From positions 14,431 to 29,133 of the forward strand of contig CAYWGS010000007.1 of assembly GCA_964457525.1 (NCBI GenBank): a DNA stretch of 14,703 bases, in the 5' to 3' direction. The DNA comes from an uncultured Erysipelotrichaceae bacterium (lineage in GTDB: Bacteria > Bacillota_I > Bacilli_A > Erysipelotrichales > Erysipelotrichaceae). A program made the position numbers and the translations under genes. Of the stretch, positions 1 to 5,329 are shown one piece after another. Every line of letters starts with the position of its first letter. Positions within the stretch are counted from its first letter, which is position 1. A model generated the notes under the pieces. The model ran no database searches and was not told where the DNA came from. It was given only the letters and a program-made list of their open reading frames with translations.

Positions 1-68
1 GTGCACATATGGACTATGCGGATGAACTTACTTTAATAAAAGCCATGGAAGGAAGGCAGAAAATCTAA
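1..68 (+). CDS. 3' end of an unidentified upstream gene (partial; frame 3, ...AHMDYADELTLIKAMEGRQKI*)
   Basis: Frame 3 is open from the window edge to a TAA at 66-68, two nt before the fhs start. It is too short to identify and its product is not recognised. Confidence 0.25.
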   Translation, partial: AHMDYADELTLIKAMEGRQKI

Positions 69-70
69 TA

Positions 71-1732
71 ATGAAAACAGATATTGAAATTGCTCAAAGC
101 GCTCAAGCATTGCCGATTGAAGAGATTGCCAAGAAGATTCATTTACCAAATGCATATTTAGAAAATTATGGTAAATACAAAGCTAAAGTAGATTTGAGTT
201 TTTATGACGATATCAAACACAAACAAGATGGAAAATTAATTCTTGTGACTGCACTTACCCCAACTAAAGCAGGAGAAGGAAAATCAACTACGACTGTTGG
301 GTTAGTCGACGGTTTAGCTAAAATTCAAAGAAATGTAATGGGCTGTCTCAGAGAACCTTCTTTAGGCCCCGTTTTTGGTGTAAAAGGTGGGGCAACCGGT
401 GGTGGTTATGCCCAAGTAATACCCATGGAAGATATTAATCTACATTTTACAGGAGATATGCATGCTATAACGGCCGCAAATAACCTTGTTAGTGCAATCA
501 TAGATAATCATCTATATCAAGGAAATGAATTAAATATTAATCCTGAAAAGATATTATGGAAACGATGCATGGATATGAATGACCGTGCACTTCGTCATAT
601 ACAAGTTTCATTAAATGATAAAAAAGCAATTGTTCGTAACGATAGTTTCTTAATTACTGTCGCATCTCCCATGATGGCGATGTTATGTTTGTCAAAAGAT
701 CTTGAAGACTTTAAACAACGTGTTGATCGAACAATTGTGGCGTATACCTATGAAGGCAAAGCAGTTACGATAAAGGATTTAAAGGTAACAGGTTCTGTTG
801 CGGTATTAATGAAAGATGCGATAAAACCAAATTTAGTTCAAACATTGGAAGGAAATCCTGTGTTAATCCATGGTGGACCTTTTGCGAATATTGCGCATGG
901 AAGTAATTCGATTATCGCAACACGTTTAGCACTAAAATGTGTCGACTATGTTGTGACTGAAGCAGGCTTTGGTTCTGATTTAGGGGCTCAAAAGTTTATG
1001 GACATCACCAGTCGTGCGGGTGAGTTTAAACCAAGTGCGGTTGTCATAGTCGCAACAATTCGTGCACTTAAGATGCATGGAAATGTTCCGTATGAAAATC
1101 TTAAACAAGAGAATATTGAAGCACTTAAAAATGGTTTAATTAACCTTAAACAACACATTAATATAATTAGAACCTATGGTGTACCACTTGTTGTATCGCT
1201 CAATCGCTTTGTCAGTGATACAGAAGCAGAGATTGAATGTGTGAAAACCTTCTGTGAAGAAGAAAAAGTAGCGTTTGAAATCAATGAATCCTGGGAAAAG
1301 GGTGGAGATGGGGCTGTTAATCTAGCGCGTAAGGTTGTCGAGTTAGTTGAACAGGATAACAAATATCATCCTTTATATGATTTAAATCTAAGTGTTAAAG
1401 AAAAAATAGAAGCAATTGCTCAACGTATTTATGGAGCGAAAGATGTGATTTATTCTGAACTAGCATTGGAACAATATACTCAAATTGAAGCATTAGGTTT
1501 AGATAAACTCAATGTTTGTATCGCAAAAACGCAATCTTCTTTAAGTGATGATCCAAAACTACTTGGATTTCCAAAAGGATTTAACTTGACGGTAAAATCA
1601 TTCAATATATCGACGGGAGCTGATTTTATTGTCGTTATTGCAGGTTCGATTATGACAATGCCTGGACTATCAAAAGATCCAGCCGCAAACCATATTGATA
1701 TTAATGGAAAAGAAATTATTGGCTTATTTTAA
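71..1732 (+). CDS. fhs: Formate--tetrahydrofolate ligase (formyltetrahydrofolate synthetase)
   Basis: The 553-aa product has the typical length. The N-terminus (MKTDIEIAQ...IEEIA) and the nucleotide-binding loop TPTKAGEGKSTTTVGL match the FTHFS consensus PTPAGEGKTT, and the protein looks like Fhs along its full length. Stop is TAA at 1730-1732. Confidence 0.95.
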   Translation: MKTDIEIAQSAQALPIEEIAKKIHLPNAYLENYGKYKAKVDLSFYDDIKHKQDGKLILVTALTPTKAGEGKSTTTVGLVDGLAKIQRNVMGCLREPSLGPVFGVKGGATGGGYAQVIPMEDINLHFTGDMHAITAANNLVSAIIDNHLYQGNELNINPEKILWKRCMDMNDRALRHIQVSLNDKKAIVRNDSFLITVASPMMAMLCLSKDLEDFKQRVDRTIVAYTYEGKAVTIKDLKVTGSVAVLMKDAIKPNLVQTLEGNPVLIHGGPFANIAHGSNSIIATRLALKCVDYVVTEAGFGSDLGAQKFMDITSRAGEFKPSAVVIVATIRALKMHGNVPYENLKQENIEALKNGLINLKQHINIIRTYGVPLVVSLNRFVSDTEAEIECVKTFCEEEKVAFEINESWEKGGDGAVNLARKVVELVEQDNKYHPLYDLNLSVKEKIEAIAQRIYGAKDVIYSELALEQYTQIEALGLDKLNVCIAKTQSSLSDDPKLLGFPKGFNLTVKSFNISTGADFIVVIAGSIMTMPGLSKDPAANHIDINGKEIIGLF

Positions 1733-1761
1733 TCGTTTATAAGGTATAATACAGGGGAAAT

Positions 1762-2715
1762 ATGTCATCCATAGCGTATATAACAGATCGAAACATGATT
1801 GAATTTCATCGACTAAATGGTAATTCTACCATTAGTTTTTGGAGACCTTCTGCAGGGAAGCGATTCACTGATTTTAATCATGGTGATTTGTTATTCTTTT
1901 TAGCAAAAGGCACTGAATTAAAACATACCGGTGAAAAAGGGATTATTGGTTATGGACGTTTCCAACACAGTGTTCAATACTCCTTTAGACAAATGTGGAA
2001 CCATTATGAGCGCTTAAATGGTTATGATACACCTGAAGATTTTAAGGAAGCGATTTTAAGAGTATCCAAATCAAAAACTTTACCATCAAGCTTAAGTAGT
2101 TTGATTCTAAATGATATTGTATTTTTTCAAGCGCCTGTTTATTTAAGTGAATTTGGAATGAGAATCTCTAATAATTTAGAGAGTTTCATCTATTTAGATA
2201 AAGATAATCCACAAATGACCGTGAATATCTTACTCAAAGCCAATGAAATTGGAGTAGACGCATGGTCATCCGCGGTAAGTTCCTATGCACCATCCTCATC
2301 TGTATTTGATGATGATTTAGCACGTCATATCATTCAATATCGTGCTGCAAATCTTCCAAGTCTAAGTACTGAGAAAGAACAAAAGAAACAAGTAAAATAT
2401 CTAACTCAACTTATTGAGAAGGATGATCGTTATCAATGGTTGGATGAGCGTAAACAAGAATTAATTCATTTTGATGTCGATAAATTAGAACTAATTACAT
2501 CAATTTCAGCCAATAAGTTACATTTAACCGAACGATTAATCTATGAATATGGAAAATATCGTATGTTGGATACCTTAACCAAAGGAATTCCTAACTTTAA
2601 ACAAAAAACACTTCACTATACGACCTATGTAGAGTATGAAGTGTCTTCGGATTTAAAACAGTTATTGGTTGTGGATGGATTCGATTATCGTTATCTTAAT
2701 CTAGATCAAATTTAG
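1762..2715 (+). CDS. Uncharacterized protein: N-terminal PUA-like 'FWRPS' domain (about aa 1-165) plus a C-terminal half of unknown fold
   Basis: A 317-aa uninterrupted ORF with AGGGGA upstream at 1753-1758. N-terminal motifs are ISFWRPS (nt 1831-1851), F..F.HGDLLFFLAK, GIIGYGRF and S..QMW..YERLNG. These follow the motif order I recall from the N-terminal domain of HNH 'putative restriction endonucleases' (vNFWqPS ... pGepFLFKl ... fIVGGGfF ... aWeaFGekNG). I see no HNH, PD-(D/E)xK, P-loop or other catalytic motif in aa 170-317. Confidence 0.75.
   Translation: MSSIAYITDRNMIEFHRLNGNSTISFWRPSAGKRFTDFNHGDLLFFLAKGTELKHTGEKGIIGYGRFQHSVQYSFRQMWNHYERLNGYDTPEDFKEAILRVSKSKTLPSSLSSLILNDIVFFQAPVYLSEFGMRISNNLESFIYLDKDNPQMTVNILLKANEIGVDAWSSAVSSYAPSSSVFDDDLARHIIQYRAANLPSLSTEKEQKKQVKYLTQLIEKDDRYQWLDERKQELIHFDVDKLELITSISANKLHLTERLIYEYGKYRMLDTLTKGIPNFKQKTLHYTTYVEYEVSSDLKQLLVVDGFDYRYLNLDQI
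2603..2644 (-). terminator. Weak candidate intrinsic terminator for the CYTH gene, embedded in the 3' coding region of the 1762..2715 gene
   Basis: On the minus strand the 8-bp stem ACACTTCA/TGAAGTGT (2637-2644 pairing with 2608-2615) is followed by TTTTTGTTT (reverse complement of 2599-2607). The 21-nt loop is large and weakens the call. It lies 52 nt downstream of the CYTH stop. Confidence 0.22.
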
Positions 2716-3250
2716 TAATGACAAAGCGATGGAACTTAGCCTTCGCTTTATTATTTTGTATAGAGAATTGCTTTAATAAGTCTAAGTAACGAGCAAAGGC
2801 AAGTTGTTCAAACTCATTATTCACTTCATATTCCAACTCATAATCTTCAATATCTAGATATTGATTATAATCAATACAAATCTCTCCATAGATATCTTGA
2901 ATAACATGACGTGTTGTATGTAACTCACCGATATAATTCCAATCATCAGTATAATTATGTGAAAGTAAGAATTCTAATACATCGGGTCGTTTGAAATGAT
3001 CAACCGAGTTGTTTGGAACCTCAAAATTAACTTCTAATTTCCCTTTTTTTTGTTTAATCTTGAAGGTTAATTCAAAATTTTGATCAATTTGACGTATTCT
3101 TGCGGCAATTTTCTTGTTTAAGCGATTCTTTGATTGATAGTAATAATTGGTTTGTTTCACGATTTTCGCATTCCTAAAATAGGCAAGAACACGATCGTAC
3201 TCTTCTTTCGTTAATAATGTTTTATATTCAATTTCTAGGTTTGTCTTCAT
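2696..3250 (-). CDS. CYTH-domain protein (YjbK-like triphosphate tunnel metalloenzyme)
   Basis: The N-terminal ExExK signature is present (MKTNLEIEYKTLLTKEEY). Basic residues (AARIRQ; ELTFKIKQKKGK) and a C-terminal acidic strand (YELEYEV) are typical of the CYTH/TTM fold. I prefer the ATG at 3250 (184 aa) to the TTG at 3265 used by the ORF track, because CYTH proteins begin a few residues before ExExK. Confidence 0.85.
   Translation of the reverse strand: MKTNLEIEYKTLLTKEEYDRVLAYFRNAKIVKQTNYYYQSKNRLNKKIAARIRQIDQNFELTFKIKQKKGKLEVNFEVPNNSVDHFKRPDVLEFLLSHNYTDDWNYIGELHTTRHVIQDIYGEICIDYNQYLDIEDYELEYEVNNEFEQLAFARYLDLLKQFSIQNNKAKAKFHRFVITKFDLD
2723..2757 (+). terminator. Candidate intrinsic terminator for the 1762..2715 gene, embedded in the 3' coding region of the convergent CYTH gene
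   Basis: The hairpin AAAGCGAtGG (2723-2732) / CCtTCGCTTT (2740-2749) gives 9 bp plus one T.T mismatch with a 7-nt loop. It is followed by ATTATTTTG and starts 8 nt after the TAG at 2713-2715. Confidence 0.35.
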
Positions 3251-3252
3251 AT

Positions 3253-3270
3253 GCCTATGATACAATAGGC
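3253..3270. promoter_or_regulatory. 18-bp palindrome GCCTAT-N6-ATAGGC containing an extended -10-like TGATACAAT oriented toward nadK
   Basis: The sequence is GCCTATGATACAATAGGC, with perfect 6-bp arms. TGnTAcAAT at 3258-3266 sits 15 nt upstream of the nadK RBS (AGGAAG, 3281-3286). The reverse strand reads TATCAT six nt before the CYTH ATG. No convincing -35 exists on either side. Confidence 0.35.
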
Positions 3271-3293
3271 TTAAGTGAAAAGGAAGTAAAGCG

Positions 3294-4076
3294 ATGAAGC
3301 GTTTTGAAATACGATCTAAACAGGATGAACAGTCTAAACGACTTAAAGAAACTCTCTATCAACGTTTAATTGAACTCTCTTTTATCCATGATGAACAAAA
3401 TCCAGATTTTGTAATATCTGTTGGAGGAGATGGGACTTTCTTACGAGCCATTCATCAATATATGAATCAAGTTGATACGATACGATTTGTAGGAATCCAT
3501 ACAGGAACATTAGGTTTTTTTAGTAGTTATGATGGAGATGAATGCGAAGCCTTTATTCAAGATCTCATTAACAAGCGTTTAGAGTGTAAAGAATTACCTT
3601 TATTGGATATTTGTGTTCAATCTCAAAAAGGGAATGAACATTATTACGCATTAAATGAAATGCGTGTTGAAAACGTGATTCGAACTCAATTAATTAGAGT
3701 TTCGATTAATCAAGAATACATGGAAACCTTCCGTGGTACGGGATTATGCATCTCAACACAAGCTGGATCAACGGCTTATAATCGTTCGTTAGGTGGCGCA
3801 ATCTTACATGAAGGATTAGATTTACTTCAACTTACTGAGATAACAGGAATACATCATCATGCGTATCGCTCTCTAGGATCACCACTTATTATTGGTCACG
3901 ATGCACAAATTACACTTGAAAGTGATGATTTTTGTGAAGCGATACTATGTTACGACCAATTATCCATCAAGTTAAATAAAGATAGTAAAATACAATGTCA
4001 ACATTCAGAAAAAACCGTCCATTGTGTAGGACGGCCGAATACGAGTTATATTAAACGTTTAAAAAGTTTATTTTAG
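3294..4076 (+). CDS. nadK: NAD(+) kinase
   Basis: The 260-aa product carries the GGDGT motif (VISVGGDGTFLRA), an NE motif (ALNEMRV) and the conserved STQAGSTAYNRSLGGAI segment. The RBS AGGAAG lies 7 nt upstream of the ATG. Confidence 0.92.
   Translation: MKRFEIRSKQDEQSKRLKETLYQRLIELSFIHDEQNPDFVISVGGDGTFLRAIHQYMNQVDTIRFVGIHTGTLGFFSSYDGDECEAFIQDLINKRLECKELPLLDICVQSQKGNEHYYALNEMRVENVIRTQLIRVSINQEYMETFRGTGLCISTQAGSTAYNRSLGGAILHEGLDLLQLTEITGIHHHAYRSLGSPLIIGHDAQITLESDDFCEAILCYDQLSIKLNKDSKIQCQHSEKTVHCVGRPNTSYIKRLKSLF
4009..4034 (-). terminator. Intrinsic terminator for the SEDS gene, embedded in the 3' coding region of nadK
   Basis: The minus strand reads CCGTCC-tacacaat-GGACGG-TTTTTTCTG. This is a 6-bp GC-rich stem with an 8-nt loop and a T6 tract, starting 38 nt downstream of the SEDS stop (4073-4075). 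On the plus strand the hairpin is not followed by a T tract, so it is unidirectional. Confidence 0.5.
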
Positions 4077-5263
4077 TGAACAATTTTACTTCGATTCAAA
4101 TGACTCATGTGGAATATAATCGCAATCATTGGGACGAAGGATAATAAGGAAGAACCACCTGCAGAGATAAATGGGAGTGTTATACCGGTAATTGGAAGAA
4201 GACCGATAATCATTCCCATGTTTTGTATTTGTTGAAATAACAACATGCCCAACAAGCCAATTGCCATTATTTTTTCTCGGTAATATTCATTATTTTGAAT
4301 GATTCGAATAATGGTTAAGTCTAAGGCTAAATGTAAGAAAAGTACGATGGAAGTCCCAATAAACCCAAAATTCTGTCCAATTACCGCAAAGATAAAGTCA
4401 TTTTGAGGTTCAATCAAAGTGATAACTTGTGATCCCCAACCATGCCCAAACCAACCCGCAGATCCAACCGCTAATAGGGATTGATACAATTGTAGACCCC
4501 AAGAACTAATGTATTGTTCTGTTTGAAGCCATCCATAGAAACGTGTTAATCGATAAGAATTTCCAACTAACGAGACTAAAGCATCTGGCGCAAAGAAGAA
4601 GAGTCCCATAAAGATTATGACTACCAAGCCTAAAAATACAAAACCTGAAATAAGCCAATACTTTTGAATTCCACTGAGTGCTAACATGGTAATTAATCCA
4701 ATGACAATAATGATTGGAATTCCTGTATCAGGTTGTAAAATCATTAAGAATAAAGGCGGAATCGCAATCTTAAGAATCTTAATAAACAAGAAAATATCAC
4801 TTTCGATATTCGACATTCTATTTTGATCAATGTGTTCAGAGATGATAACGGAAGATTTGATAATCAACACTGCCTTCATAAACTCACTGGGTTGAATCGT
4901 ACCTAAACCTGGTAGTTGAATCCATGCACGTGTACCATTAACCGGAGCGATAAAAGGAAGATTAATAAAACGATCGACGATTAATAAGAATAGTAAAAAC
5001 ATTAAAATCCAATAAGCAATGTCAATTGCGGTGAATAATCGGTCTACACCAATCTGAATAAAAATAACTAAAGCAATGACTGAAATAGAAACCCAAATAA
5101 CTTGTTTGATAAGTAAATCTGTCCCATCACGATAGGATACAAGTAAAGGACTTGCCCCATAAATCGCGATTAAGCTAATGGCGGTAAGCGCAACTAAAAT
5201 AAGCGTGAGTGGCCAGTCGATAATGAAGGTTTTCTTTGTAGGTGATTTTATATATTGTGACAT
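4073..5263 (-). CDS. SEDS-family peptidoglycan glycosyltransferase (FtsW/RodA/SpoVE family)
   Basis: The 396-aa product is a polytopic membrane protein with family-typical segments. These include RAWIQLPGLGTIQPSEFMKAVLII, LQPDTG, GWGSQ..LIEPQNDFIFAVIG and LPITGITLPFISAGGSS. The weak RBS AGGA lies 7 nt upstream of the ATG. I cannot distinguish RodA from FtsW from the sequence alone. Confidence 0.9.
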   Translation of the reverse strand: MSQYIKSPTKKTFIIDWPLTLILVALTAISLIAIYGASPLLVSYRDGTDLLIKQVIWVSISVIALVIFIQIGVDRLFTAIDIAYWILMFLLFLLIVDRFINLPFIAPVNGTRAWIQLPGLGTIQPSEFMKAVLIIKSSVIISEHIDQNRMSNIESDIFLFIKILKIAIPPLFLMILQPDTGIPIIIVIGLITMLALSGIQKYWLISGFVFLGLVVIIFMGLFFFAPDALVSLVGNSYRLTRFYGWLQTEQYISSWGLQLYQSLLAVGSAGWFGHGWGSQVITLIEPQNDFIFAVIGQNFGFIGTSIVLFLHLALDLTIIRIIQNNEYYREKIMAIGLLGMLLFQQIQNMGMIIGLLPITGITLPFISAGGSSLLSFVPMIAIIFHMSHLNRSKIVH

Positions 5264-5297
5264 CGTTTCGTCCTGTGTTTGTTTGAAGTAAAACTAC

Positions 5298-5303
5298 TAT
5301 AAT
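5298..5303 (+). promoter_or_regulatory. Consensus -10 hexamer TATAAT upstream of the EIICB-like gene
   Basis: A perfect TATAAT lies 16 nt upstream of the RBS GAGGTGA (5319-5325) and 27 nt upstream of the ATG at 5330. There is no good -35 at 16-18 nt spacing (GTGTTT/TGTTTG). Confidence 0.35.
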
Positions 5304-5310
5304 GGTATCA
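5302..5310 (-). promoter_or_regulatory. Extended -10-like element TGATACCAT oriented toward the SEDS gene
   Basis: The minus strand reads GCCTATATGATACCAT (reverse complement of 5302-5317). The hexamer TACCAT with upstream TGn would place the transcription start about 30 nt upstream of the ATG at 5263. It is nearly identical to the element upstream of nadK. Confidence 0.3.
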
Positions 5311-5329
5311 TATAGGCTGAGGTGACAGT

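Noticed and set aside
1174-1362. A 62-aa antisense ORF inside fhs
   Set aside because: It is fully embedded antisense in a strongly supported conserved gene. It has a low-complexity S/T-rich product and no RBS, which is typical of a spurious shadow ORF.
1745-1750. A perfect TATAAT between fhs and the orphan gene as a dedicated promoter
   Set aside because: It ends 11 nt before the ATG and only 2 nt before the putative RBS, so a transcript starting here would lack the RBS. There is no -35 at proper spacing (TTGGCT lies 20 nt away). Read-through from fhs seems as likely, so I left it unresolved rather than calling it.
2260-2715. A PD-(D/E)xK nuclease motif in the C-terminal half of the orphan protein (e.g. 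HFDVDK ... YEYGK)
   Set aside because: I could not find a properly spaced D...(D/E)xK arrangement on predicted strands. Calling a nuclease fold from these fragments would be over-interpretation, so the domain is left as unknown.
3044-3051. A T8 (A8 on the coding strand) homopolymer inside the CYTH gene as a phase-variation tract
   Set aside because: It is short for slipped-strand switching, encodes an ordinary KKGK stretch, and such runs are expected in AT-rich genomes.
1762-3250. The orphan gene plus CYTH as a two-gene operonic system
   Set aside because: The genes are convergent, not co-directional, and the CYTH gene belongs to a conserved CYTH/nadK housekeeping neighbourhood. Only 3'-end antisense coupling remains plausible, and that is reported separately.
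3251-3265. The TTG-initiated 5-codon N-terminal extension of the CYTH gene (ORF-track start at 3265)
   Set aside because: No RBS precedes the TTG. The ATG at 3250 gives the canonical short lead-in to the ExExK motif, and the extension would overlap the palindrome/promoter element.
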